Source of the DNA: the human T2T-CHM13v2.0 reference genome, Homo sapiens
Assembly (NCBI RefSeq): GCF_009914755.1
Contig: NC_060925.1
Direction: 5' to 3' (one strand)
DNA length: 64,000 bases
In this document: positions 43,131 to 54,789 of the stretch, piece after piece
Layout of the letters: each line of letters opens with the position of its first letter
Numbering within the stretch: position 1 is the first letter of the stretch
Program-made: the position numbers and the translations under genes
Notes under the pieces: generated by a model
The model's database searches: none
The model's input: only the letters and a program-made list of their open reading frames with translations
Told to the model about the DNA's origin: nothing

Positions 43131-45871
43131 AAAAGGTACAAAGTGGATGCAAGTCCCTATCTTGTGAGTAAAGAAGATGGAAATGACAGCATTGTGTGTA
43201 ATCACAGCTCAATTTTAATTCCCTACCACTCTTACTCCTCCTTTCTCTAGAGCTTTATAGAATGGCCCAGGTATATGGCAACAGTTTGGTGAATCCTTTG
43301 ACTTAAACTGTGGTAGAGTAGCTGCTAAGGAGAGTTCTGGAGGAGAGGGAGCTGTAAATATGCTACCCAAACAAGCATGCAGACAAAATATAAGATGACT
43401 AGACAGTATACTCCATTAAGTCAGAGCTAGATTTTATTCAGTTTTGTGTCTTCAGTGTGTAACATAATACTTAGTACCCAATATTGCATGCAGTGCATGT
43501 CTGTGGGAAGACAATGAGAAGCAGAGTGTTTAGGCGTAAGAACTTTTGCAAGTATGGAAGCTATTTATGTCCGAATGTGTACTAAAAAATTTTGGTTCAA
43601 ATTTCCCCTAAACATTGTTTAATATTTTTTGTGTTGCTATTTTATAAATTAATTGTCCAACTAAGAAATAAATTATATTACTAAAGATTAGATATTTGTT
43701 GTATATAATAACATAAATAACTTGTTATTTTTAATATATGATGAAGGGGCTATGATATTTGACTATTATAAATAAAAATTGAATTAGAGCTAATATTACA
43801 AAGGAGGAATATTTATTTACTGCATCTGAAGAAAGGTGTGATATGTCAGAAACATTTGGTTAATGAGAATGCAAAACTGGTAGATAAGGATTATGACAAT
43901 GAGATCTTTATTTATGCTATGCCCCTAGGCACTACCTCATTCATACTATGTAGTAGGAATATATTTTTTCCATAATAACAAAACAAATAGTTAAACACAT
44001 GAAGTGTTTAACATTACAAACCCTTGCTAGAAAAGGTTAGAGCTGGTGTCTTATTTGTTCATTTGTTTGTACATTTATTTATTCACAAAAAAAATTGTCA
44101 GGCTTTGTGCTTCTTGCTGATGATATAAATGAGGAGAAAACAACATCCATCTCCTCAAAAAGCCTATAAAGTAATAAAGGAAATTAGGCAATAACACAAA
44201 TAAATATTTACAATACGATGTCATAAGAGCCATATTAGGGTGCTACCGGAGCTTTTAATTCTGTCTCAGAGTGATGAGTAGAGATTGAGAAGGGCTTTGC
44301 AGAGGTGATTATGCCTCAGGTATCCACTAGAAGATGACTAAAAGGTAGAAGTCTTTGCTAGGAAGAAGTCAGGACAGTCTGTTCAGATGGAGAAAACTAC
44401 ATGTGCAAAGCAACAAAAGAATGAGAACACAGACACATGGGCTTGCTAAGAGTGGAGGACCCAGCAGAACAGTGAGATCCAAACCCATAATGATGTGATT
44501 TTCTTTTCACTCTTGTCTTTAGTAGTCTTTTGATATAGAATTGGAGGAATCATTTGGTTTTGTGGTTTTGTGGAATTGGTTCAGCAAAAAGACAAGGTAA
44601 CTTGAAAAAACAGTGATTGCAGTTATGCTCTGGGAGATTTAGGCTGGATGAAAAAGGAAGAAAAGGCTAAAAGCATGGTCTGATACACTGGAATAAAAAA
44701 GGAAGTTCAAAGTGGTGACCATGATGAAGTTGAAGGAAGAAGTGTGGGAGTCAGGGAATGACAGCTGGAAGGATGGGAGATTGTGAACCTCAGACTGAAC
44801 TTCCAAGGCAAGCGTTCTTCCAGCTACATTATGGTTGCTTCCCTGATAGATACTAAGGTAGCAAATAAATTTATCTATCAACATACGTTAAAGGCTAGAT
44901 TTTTTAGTCTTTCCTTCAAGAAATGCTGTGTAGATCCACTTTCATATGATTTTGATTCTGTGACTTTTACGTATTTATGTGAAATTATCCCTTTTTTGAG
45001 CACTATAACCAACTTTTGATAGGCAAAATATGTTGCTGTTATTCAGTCTGTATTAGGAGACACATGTACATATGTGTAAAACTTCAGAAGTCTCCTTCTA
45101 ATATGCCAGGAAGTAATGGTGCTAATTATGATTTGCCACTCTTTTCTAAGCCAAATGGGAAGGCAAGTCTAAACTTTGGCCTTTCTGTCTTATTTGAAAA
45201 TTCTGTGATTTTGGGAAATTGTTATAAATCAGATGCAGTAAAGAAAAGGCTGTGTGATAATCAGTGCTTGTCATCATTTAGTTGAAAGTTTTCTAAGTGA
45301 GAAAAAACAAGACTTCTTAAAATTTCATTCTTCCTATCAACCATATTTTTTGTCTTCACCTGCTTTGGCTAATTACCCAAAGAAGCTGCTAAGTTCACGA
45401 CTTTTTTGTTAAGGAAAGAAAAAATAGTATTAAGTGGAAACATTGTTGACATACAAAATTTTGTACTAAGAGTTACTGAAAATGGATAATAAGGAGGCAA
45501 ACCTTTGCCATGTATATATACATCCTTACAACCTATACTGGGGAAACAGAAACTAGATTCTTAAGAAAAGAAATCTTGATGCATATTTGCCATTAAGAGT
45601 CTGTCATTAAAATCTAATCTAGCACTTATTTATCATTAATATCCCTGAAACTGTTGCTCTTCTCTTATTAACTGAATTTTATAACCATAATGGTGTTTGA
45701 AATGTGGAATTCTTTTTTGTTGGCAGGGGTTGTGGGGGGCGGGTAAATCCAGCATATAACTGCCAAGATAGATTTTGCGTAGTTCTTTGCTTGGGTGTTT
45801 TGTTGCCAATGTCCCACCTACTGGTAAGGCAATTAGCAATCTTCCCTCTGAGATTTAATAGACCTTTGTAG

Positions 45872-46084
45872 TTTAGGGTTGTCCAATAGGACTTTCTGCA
45901 ATGATGGAATTATTTTCCATCTGTACTGCTCATGTGGCAGCTGCTAACTATGTTTCACAATTGAACACTTGAAATATGGCTAGTGTACCCAAGGAACTCA
46001 TTTGGAATTTGATTTGTAAATTTGAATTTAAGTAAACCTATGTGGATACAGATGTGGCTACCATATTTGACAGTACAGCTCTAG
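45872..46084. mobile_element. MER3 hAT-Charlie MITE
   Basis: TGTCCAATAGGACTTTCTGCAATGATGGAA...CACTTGAAATATGGCTAGTG...GTGGCTACCATATTTGACAG. Confidence 0.7.
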
Positions 46085-46940
46085 TCTTCTATACAAAGAA
46101 GAAAGGCAGAAATAACAAGAGAAGAAGTTTTAGGAAACTTACTGCAACTGCCACATTGATAAACCATGATCATAATTTACTTAATTATTGCCACTCAGAA
46201 ATAACTCCACCATTTTGAAGAGGTGGTTCTCGTATTCCCATTGATGAGATATCATTTGCAAATGTCACATCTGATTCCATTTGGGATTTCAGTGGCCCTT
46301 GCTTCCTTCCCAAGGCAACTGATATTTTGTTGTTTATTTTGGTTTGTTTGGTTGATTGGTTTTAGTTTTCATTTTTTTCTCTTTGGAAGAAATCCCTGGC
46401 CACTTAAGAGGAACTCTTTAGAGCCATGTGAAAAGTTAAAAATGTTTAAATGTATTCATTGCCATTTACGCTAGTTGAAAATTACAGAAAAGTTATGTGA
46501 ACAAGCACATTTGTCCATTGTAAATCATTCTTAGTGAGATTTTGTATTTTTCATTGTGCTAGTTTCACGTGGAAAAGTTAGCACTAGAACTTGCTGGACT
46601 TACCTCCCTAATCAGAAATGAAAATGCATTTGAAAACAATGTCAATGTTTTAAATAAGCTGATTGACCTAAATCAGTAGGCACACTGTTAGGATGGGATA
46701 TAGCTACTAATTACAATTATCAGCAGGCTCAATGATAGTCATTATGTAACTTTTTGAAGTTAACTTTTTCTATAGGAAATATAGATACTTAGAAGGATCA
46801 GAGATCCTGTAAAACACATTTACAGGCTATACAACTCAATAGAAATTAGTTCCCTTAATTAAATTCGAATGTTCTTTCAGTTTCTCGTGTAGCATTGCTT
46901 GATGTTAGAGCATTGGACATTTTCAGGAATATGTTACCCA

Positions 46941-47393
46941 TTTCATGCGTGTCCATGTGAACAGACCACCAAACAGGCTTTGTGTGAGCAACATGGCTGT
47001 TTATTTCACCTGGGTGCAGGTGGGCTGAGTCCGAAAAGAGAGTCAGCAAAGGGAGATAGGGGTGGGGCCGTTTTATAGGATTTGGGTAGGTAAAGGAAAA
47101 TTACAGTCAAAGGGGGGTTGTTCTCTGGTGGGCAGGAGTGGGGGTCGCAAGGTGCTCAGTGGGGGTGCTTTTTGAGCCAGGATGAGCCAGGAAAAGGACT
47201 TTCACAAGGTAATGTCATCACTTAAGGCCAGGACCGGCCATTTACACTTCTTTTGTGGTGGAATGTCATCAGTTAAGGTGGGGCAGGGCATATTCACTTC
47301 TTTTTTGATTCTTCAGTTACTTCAGGCCATCTGGGCATATATGTGCAAGTCACAGGGGATGCGATGGCTTGGCTTGGGCTCAGAGGCCTGACA
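46941..47393 (-). repeat. 3' LTR7 (453 bp) with AATAAA poly(A) signal at 47000-47005 on the minus strand
   Basis: Minus strand reads TGTCAGGCCTCTGAGCCCAAGC...GCATGAAA. Preceded by the PPT. Confidence 0.95.
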
Positions 47394-47406
47394 TTCCTGC
47401 CTTCTT
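47394..47406 (-). other. Retroviral polypurine tract
   Basis: Minus strand AAGAAGGCAGGAA immediately before the 3' LTR. Confidence 0.85.
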
Positions 47407-49341
47407 ATATTAATAAGAAAAATAAAACAAAATAGTGTTGAAGTGTCGGGGCGGTGAAAATTTTTGGGGGGTGGTATGGAGAGAGAATGGGCGATGTTTC
47501 TCAGGGCTGCTTCAAGCGGGATTAGGGGCGGCGTGGGAACCTAGAGTGGGAGAGATTAAGCTGAAGGGAGGTCTTGTGGTAAGGGGTGATATTGTGGGGT
47601 TGTTAGAAGAAGCATTTGTCGTATAGAATGATTGGTGATGGCCTGGATACGGTTTTGGATGAATTGAGAAACTAAATGGAATAACAGAAGGAGAAAAACA
47701 GGTATAAAAGGTCTAAGAATTGGGATGACACAGGATATCTGATTAGAGAGTGCCTAAGGAGATTCAGCATAGTCCTGCCAGCAAAGATTATTTATTTACT
47801 TCAAGAGTTAAGAGTGGCAGTTTGGGGATAGCACCAGGAGATATCAGCTGTGATGGCTTGGAAAAACAGTGTAAACCGGCAGTGTAAACAAGAGCAGGGC
47901 ATGTATGAGTAGTTGAGAACGGTGAATATGAGTATGACTAGACAGAAGATAGTAGGGATGACAAGTTTTTTTGGGCACAGTCTAAGTTGGTCTGGTGTCT
48001 GGAATGAGACTGGGGCCTAATAAAAAGGAGCGTGTATACAGGAGCTCAAATGGGCTGTACCCTGTAGCATTCCGAGAACAGGCCTGAATTCTGAGAAGGG
48101 AAAGTGGTAAAAGTATTGTCCAGTCCTTTTTAAGTTGGTGGCTGAGCTTGGTGAGGTGTGCTTTTAAAAGACCTTTAGTCCATTCTACTTTTCTTGAAGA
48201 CGGAGAACCGTAAGGGATATAAAGGTTTCACTGAATACTAAGAGCCTGAAAAACTGCTTGGCTGATTTGACTAATAAAGGCTCATCTCTTATCAGACTGT
48301 ATTGAGGTGGGAAGGCTAAACTGAGGAATTATGTCTGACAGAAGGGAAGAAATGACTGTGGTGGCCTTCTCAGACCCTGTAGGAAAGGCCTCTACCTATC
48401 CAGTGAAAGTATCTGCCTAGACTAAGAGGTATTTTAGTTATCTGACTCGGCATGTTGAGTAAAGCTAATTTGCCAGTCCTGGGTGGGGCAAATCCTGGAG
48501 CTTGATGTGTAGGGAAGGGAGGGGGCCTGAATAATCCCTGAGGAGTAGTAGAATAGCAGATGGAACACTGAGAAGTTATTTCCCTGAGGATAGATTTCCA
48601 CGATGGAAAGGAAATGAGAGGTTCTAAGAGGCGGGCTAGTGGCTTGTACTATAGCATAACCTGCCTTTGCTGGTGTGTGGCGATTAGGCCTGGTGGAACC
48701 GCCATCAATAAATCAAGCGTGATCAGGGTGAGGAACAGGAAAGAAGGAAATTTGGGGAAATGGGGTGAATGTCAGGTGGATCAGAGAGATACAGTCATGG
48801 GGGTCAGGTGTGGTATCGGGAATAATGTGGGAGGCCGGATTGAAGTCTGGGCCAGGAACAACAGTAATTGTGGGAGACTCAACAAAGAGTGAGTATAGCT
48901 GAAGGAGCCTGGGAGCAGAAAGTATATGCGTCAGGTATGAGGAAGAAAATAGATTTTGGAAGTTATGAGAACTGTAGAGAGTGAGTTGAGCATAGTTTGT
49001 GATTTTGAGAGCCTCTAAAAGTATTAAAGCAGTGGCAGCCGCTGCACGCAGACATGAGGGCTAGGCTAAAACAGTAAGGTCAAGTTGTTTGGACAGAAAG
49101 GCTACAGGGAGTGGTCCTGGCTCTTGTGTAAGAATTCTGACCGCGCTAACCATGCCTAGGAGGGAAAGGAGTTGTTGTTTTGTAGAAGGTGCTTGGGTTT
49201 GAGAGATCAGTCGGACACAATTGGCAGGGAGAGCACGTGTGTTTTTATGAGAATTATGCCGAGATAGGTAACAGATGAGGAAGAAATTTGGGCTTGAGTG
49301 AAGTAATGGGGGCTGTCTGTGAAGCTTTGCAGCAGTACAGC

Positions 49342-49773
49342 CTAGGTCATTTGCTGAGATTGATGGGTGTCAGGGTCAGTCCAAGTGAAAGCAAAGAGAG
49401 GCTGGGATGACGGGTGCAAAGGAATAGTAAAGAAAGCATGTTTGAGATCCAGAACAGAATAATGGGTTGTAGAGGCAGGTATTGAGGATAGGAGAGTATA
49501 TGGGTTTGGCACCATGGGGTGGATAGGCAAAACAATTTGGTTGATAAGGTGCAGATCCTGAACTAACTTGTAAGGCTTGTCTGGTTTTAGGACAGGTAAA
49601 ATGGGGGAATTGTAAGGAGAGTTTATAGGCTTTAAAAGGCCATGCTGTAGCAGGCGAGTGATAACAGGCTTTAATCTTTTTAAAGCGTGCTGCAGGATGG
49701 GATATTGGTGTCGAGTGGGGTAAGGGTGATTAGGTTTTAATGAGATGGTAAGGGGTGCATGATCGGTCACCAA
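49342..49773 (-). pseudogene. HERV-H pol reverse transcriptase N-terminal fragment
   Basis: SPYNSPILPVLKPDKPYKLVQDL and YSVLDLKHAFFTIPLHPSSQPLFAFTW motifs. Ends in TAG where the Trp before VLPQG is expected. Confidence 0.9.
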
Positions 49774-49926
49774 GGAGGGAGTAGAGGTATCTTATACTTG
49801 TGGGTTAAGGTGGGGGGATACAAGAGGAGGACGCAAAGGAGGCTTTGGATTGGGAAGAAGGGCGGCAATGAGATATAGCTGTAGTCCAGGAATAGTCAGG
49901 GAAGCAGATAATTTAGTTAAGGTGTC

Positions 49927-50181
49927 TCAGCCTAATAAGGGAACTGGGCAGGTGGGGATAACTAAAAAGCAGTGCTTAAAAGAGTATTGTCTAAGTTGGC
50001 ACCAGAGTTGGGGAGTTTTAAGAGGTTTAGAAGCCTGGCCGTCAATACCCACAACAGTTATGGAGGCAAGGGAAACGGGCCCTTGAAAAGAAGGTAATGT
50101 GGAGCGGGTAGCCTCTGTATTGATTAAGAAGGGGATGGGCTTACCTTCCACTGTGAGAGTTACCCGAAGCTCAGTGTCCAT
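49927..50181 (-). pseudogene. HERV-H protease remnant
   Basis: VEGKPIPFLINTEATRSTL (catalytic DTG reads NTE), VVGIDG flap, PTCPVPLLG. Confidence 0.85.
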
Positions 50182-50331
50182 GATGGTCTAGGGGGCTTCT
50201 GAGGCGATCGGGCAGTGTCAGTCTTCAGCCGCTAAGCCGAGAAGATCTGGGAAGGAGTCAGTCAGAGAGCCTTGGGCCAGAGTTCCAGGGGCTCTGGGAG
50301 TGGCTGCCAGGTGAGTTGAACAGTCCGATTT

Positions 50332-50568
50332 TCAGTGGGGTCCTACACAGATGGGACGCAGTTTAGGAGGAATCCCGGGCTGAGGGCATTTCTTGGCCCA
50401 GTGGCCAGATTTCCGGCATGTGTAGCAAGCTCCTGGGGGAGGAGGTTCTGGAGGAACGCCTGGCTGCTGCGGTTCAGGCGTTTGGAAGTTCTTGTGTGCT
50501 GGAGATGTGGCTGGGGTTTGTCTCACAGTGGAGGCAAGGAATTGCAACTTTTTTCTGTTATTGTACAC
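50332..50568 (-). pseudogene. HERV-H gag nucleocapsid remnant
   Basis: CCHC zinc knuckle CYTCRKSGHWAKKC preceded by the PPEPPPPGA stretch. Confidence 0.88.
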
Positions 50569-51527
50569 CTTGAAGGTGAGGTTAATTAAATCCTGTTGTG
50601 GGGTTTGAGGGCCGGAATTTAATTTTTGGAGTTTTATTTAATGTCGGGAGCAGATTGGGTAATAAAATGTATTTTGAGAATAAGACGGCCTTTAGACCTT
50701 TTAGGGTCCAGGGCTGTAAAGCGTTTCAGGGTTGCTGCCAAACAAGCCATGAACTGGGCTGGATTTTTATATTTGATGAAAAAGAGCCTAAACGCTATCT
50801 GATTTGGGATAAAGAAAAAGGAGCATTAACGTTGACTATGCCTTTAGCTCCAGCCACCTTTTTAAGGGTAAATTGCTGGGCAGGAGGGGGAGGGCTAGTC
50901 ACGGAATGAAACTGTAAGCCGGACCAGGTGTGAGGAGGGGAGGTGATAAAAAGATTATAGGGTGGAGGAGCAGAGGCTGAGGAAGAATTGGGACCTAGCT
51001 CGGCCTGGAGAGGAGCAGCCTGGGGAGGAAGGGAGAGGTCAGATGGGTCTGTAGAAAAGGAAGATTAGAAAGACTCAGCGACGCTTGGGGTTGGTACTGA
51101 GGGGACAGGTGGGAGGGAAAGAAGGAAGATTTGGGACGAGTTGCACTGGTCACAGAGACTAGGAAGGGACTGATGTGTAAAAGAATGCCTGGACGTCAGG
51201 CACCTCAGACCATTTGCCCATTTTATGACATTTGCCCATTTCCATCTTGTAGGATGGAAAAATTTTAAGTGCCATTTTCCGGCTATTTGGAACTACTGTC
51301 GAGTTTGTATTGGGGTCAAGCGGCATTGCAGAAGAAAATAAGATGCTTAGATTTTAGGTCAGGTGAGAGTTGAAGAGGTTTTAAGTTCCTAAGAATATAG
51401 GCTAAGGTAGAAGAAGGAGGAATGGAAGGTGGAAGCTTGCCCATAGTGAAGGAGGCAAGCCTAGAGAAAAAGAGTAGAGACACGGAGAAGGGGTAGGGGT
51501 TTCTTGCCCTCCAGAAAAGCAGAGAAA

Positions 51528-51830
51528 GGATTGGGACACGGAAATAAGGAATTGGGGCACAGAGATAAGAGGTTGGGGTGCAGAAATAAGGGATTGGGGC
51601 ACAGAGATAAGAGGTTGGGGTGCAGAAATAAGGGATTGGGGCACAGGGATAAGAGGTCAGGGTGTGGAAATAAGGGATTGGGGGGGTTCTTGCCCCCTAG
51701 AAAAGCGGGACTTGCCACTAAGGGTGAAGGAGAAGGGGTTGAGGGGTACTTGCCCCTCCCCCAGAAAAGCGGGACTTGCCACTAAGGGTGAAGGAGAAGG
51801 GGTTGAGGGGTACTGAGGGGTACTTGCCCC
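51528..51830. repeat. G-rich tandem repeats in the HERV-H leader (21/42-bp units plus a ~64-bp duplication)
   Basis: GGATTGGGGCACAGAGATAAGAGGTTGGGGTGCAGAAATAAG repeated about 3.5 times. AGAAAAGCGGGACTTGCCACTAAGGGTGAAGGAGAAGGGGTTGAGGGGTACT at 51699 and 51763. Confidence 0.85.
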
Positions 51831-52274
51831 TCCCCCCAGAAAAGCAGAGAAGGGATAGAGACAAGGAGAGAAGGGGTTGGGATACTTGCCATTTCCCCAG
51901 AAAAGCAGAGAAGGGGTAGAGAGAAGGGGTTGGGGTACTTGACCCTTCCCCAGAAAAGCAAGACTTGCTGCTAAGGGTGAAGGACCAAGGCAGGCGTCCC
52001 TGCATGGTCTGACACCCTTGAAACGTGGGTGAATGATCAGAGAGGCGTCCCTGCAATGATTAAACACCAGGGGAAGTCTGCCTTCCCAGTCCGTGACCGG
52101 CACCGGAGTTTTGGGTCCACGGATAAAACGTGTCTCCTTTGTCTCTACCAGAAAATACCAGAAAATGAAAGGAATTGAAATTAAGAGAAGGGAGAGATTG
52201 AAGTGTGGCGCCAAGATTGAAAGGAGAAAGAGGTTGAAGGATAGGGAGGTTGGAGAAGAGAGTAAAAAGAGGCC

Positions 52275-52283
52275 ACTTACTGG
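52275..52283 (-). promoter_or_regulatory. HERV-H major splice donor (CCA|GTAAGT)
   Basis: Minus strand AATTTCAAATCCAGTAAGTGGCCTC about 145 nt after the 5' LTR, at the position of the family donor. Confidence 0.7.
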
Positions 52284-52406
52284 ATTTGAAATTGGTGAGA
52301 TGTTTCTTGGGCTGGTCGGTCTGAGGACCTGAGGTAGTAGGTGGATCTTTCTCACGGAGCAAAGAGCAGGAGGACAGGGGATTGAACTCCCAAGGGAGGT
52401 CCCCCG

Positions 52407-52424
52407 ATCCGAGTCACGGCACCA
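52407..52424 (-). other. Primer binding site complementary to tRNA-His
   Basis: Minus strand TGGTGCCGTGACTCGGAT, 2 nt after the 5' LTR. Confidence 0.93.
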
Positions 52425-52426
52425 AA

Positions 52427-52881
52427 TTTCATGCGCATCCGTGTGAAGAGACCACCAAACAGGCTTTGTGTGAGCAACATGGCTGTTTATTTCACCTGGG
52501 TGCAGGTGGGCTGAGTCCGAAAAGAGAGTCAGCAAAGGGAGATAGGGGTGGGGCCGTTTTATAGGATTTGGGTAGGTAAAGGAAAATTACAGTCAAAGGG
52601 GGGTTGTTCTCTGGTGGGCAGGAGTGGGGGTCGCAAGGTGCTCAGTGGGGGTGCTTTTTGAGCCAGGATGAGCCAGGAAAAGGACTTTCACAAGGTAATG
52701 TCATCACTTAAGGCCAGGACCGGCCATTTACACTTCTTTTGTGGTGGAATGTCATCAGTTAAGGTGGGGCAGGGCATATTCACTTCTTTTTTGATTCTTC
52801 AGTTACTTCAGGCCATCTGGGAGTATATAAGTGCAAGTCACAGGGGATGCGATGGCTTGGCTTGGGCTCAGAGGCCTGACA
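52427..52881 (-). promoter_or_regulatory. 5' LTR7 (455 bp, LTR7up-like) promoter with TATA box at 52557-52563
   Basis: Minus strand has the duplicated U3 block, ACAAAAGA (52735-52742), GCCCCACC KLF-like site and CCTATAAAA. Confidence 0.9.
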
Positions 52882-54789
52882 ACCCATAATGAAAAATATA
52901 TTTGTGAACATAATAACAGTTCCTATTATGTTTTCAGAAATATAAATTAATTTGGTGGTTTGGTTGAATGTGGGTTTTAACTGTCTCCATATTAGAGTAC
53001 TTAGGTTTCGTTGTGAGAACTCAAGTAAGAAAAAAACTTAACAGTAAATATTAATCAATGGAGTATCTTTCTTCTCCTGAGTACTGTCAATTCCTTATTG
53101 CATAAACATATCACTAGGAACACTGAGAGAAGCTTGAGAATTTTCCACCACAGAGATCAATAGGCAGCTGTGAGATGCTTTTTTCCAAAAGGTAAGGCCT
53201 TTTTAAACAACAATCAACAATTGTTGATCCTCTAGATTCCTTTTGACCACAAATCCTTTTAGAGGGAAAATAAAAACATCTAAAAATGTATGACCCCACT
53301 TAAAATAATACTGACAGCTATGGAGATAAAAATCCTTGGGTTGCTGATTTGTTAATTGCTTCTTGGGGTAATGAAAGAGCCCTAGACTGGCAGTCAGGGC
53401 ACTTAGGATCTCTTTTCAGTAATCATACCTTACTTCTCTCTCTCTATTCTCTTTTCCCCAGACCACACCTAACAATATATCAATTTTTTAAAAATGGAAT
53501 TTCTTATGCCCTCTTTATTTATGGACATGTATGTCCATAATGGGAGACGTTTTCTTTGGACTGATGCTTGAATCAGTGGGTGCTTGGCATTGCTGATAGG
53601 GATCAGTGTAAATGAGCTATTGTAAAATTTAGAGTTCAGTGGAACTATCCCCCAGGTAATAGTATTTTTAGATTAAGGTCCCTTCCCCTTTTTCTGTGCA
53701 TGGTTAGGTCAATATTTCTCTGTCTCTCATATCACTCCTTTCCTCCTCATAGCCACTGACTCCATGCTCATCCAACTCAAACTAAGCTATTAGAATCCTC
53801 TTTTTATGGACTTACTTTCTTTTAGAATGGGGACTTTCTTCCCCCATTCCAATCCATCTTCCACTGGGCAACCGAGTGAATTTTCCCTAAATATTGTTTT
53901 AACTGTTCATTCATTGAAAACCTTTTTGTGCTTTTCTAATTACCCCAGAATAAAATTTACACTCCTCTGTCCACAAACTAACTCCTACACAATTCTTTTA
54001 ACATTTAATCCTGAATTGTATCCTCATAAAGCAATGCATAGAGAAAAAAAAGAAATAAAAATTTTTCCTTTCAATATGTGAGTACTATGTATCTTCAAAG
54101 AATAAGGTAGCCATACATCTTTTCTTTATGCATGTTTCCTTAAATGGGTAACTGAATATTTGAACTTGCTATTGATATTAAGCCTCTATGTGTAACTAAT
54201 TCTGAATTATAGGTAGACAAGTTGTCAGATTAATTCTTTCATATCATAAAATATTATTGATGCTGCTAATTTTATAGTCATACTACTGTTAGGCAGGTAA
54301 TTTTGGGTATCTATGGGTTTTGAATTTTCTCAGTAATGAATTTCTCAAAAGAATGGATAGGTGTTGCTCTTGTCCTGTCTTTGGCTGCCAGAGCTGAACT
54401 TTTGATGGCCACGGAACATTTTCTCTGTCAGCCTCTATGTCCATTACACCTTCAAAGGTGTGCTGTTTCCTACTGCTTGACCCTAGCCCTTCTTTCATTA
54501 CTTTTCATCCTTCCGTGATTTGTCCCAACTCCAGTTTACATTACTTGAGTCATAGAGGTATCCTCACTGCCTCCAAATGTTATCATTCTTATTCTAGTTC
54601 TATTATCCCTATCTAAATTCTACCTATAATGTGAAGCATCTCATAAACCACTGCCTTTCTGATATTGGTCTCTTTGTTCGGTTATCCTCTAGAACTTATT
54701 TTTGCCACAAAATTTTGCACTTAATCACGTGTTTAGTCATTATTAATCATATTATATATACACTGTGAGATACTTATTGTCTATTAGAG

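Larger units (their letters stand above)
46941..52881 (-). mobile_element. HERV-H provirus (5941 bp, internally deleted env-less type), antisense in the large HMCN1 intron
   Basis: Two direct LTRs, 5-bp TSD ACCCA (46936-46940 and 52882-52886), tRNA-His PBS, polypurine tract, decayed gag/pro/pol motifs. Confidence 0.97.

Noticed and set aside
47182-47391. Duplicated ORF MSQEKDFHK (also at 52668-52889)
   Set aside because: It is the antisense reading of the two LTR7 copies, not a gene duplication.
49342-50568. Possibility of a functional retroviral or RT-based system
   Set aside because: gag, pro and pol are fragmented by stops, the protease lacks the catalytic DTG, RT stops before the catalytic core, and no env ORF is present.
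51402-51785. Periodic repeats and repeat-peptide ORFs that could suggest a CRISPR-like array or repeat protein
   Set aside because: Head-to-tail minisatellite with no unique spacers, in a eukaryotic ERV leader. The ORFs are open only because the unit length is a multiple of 3.
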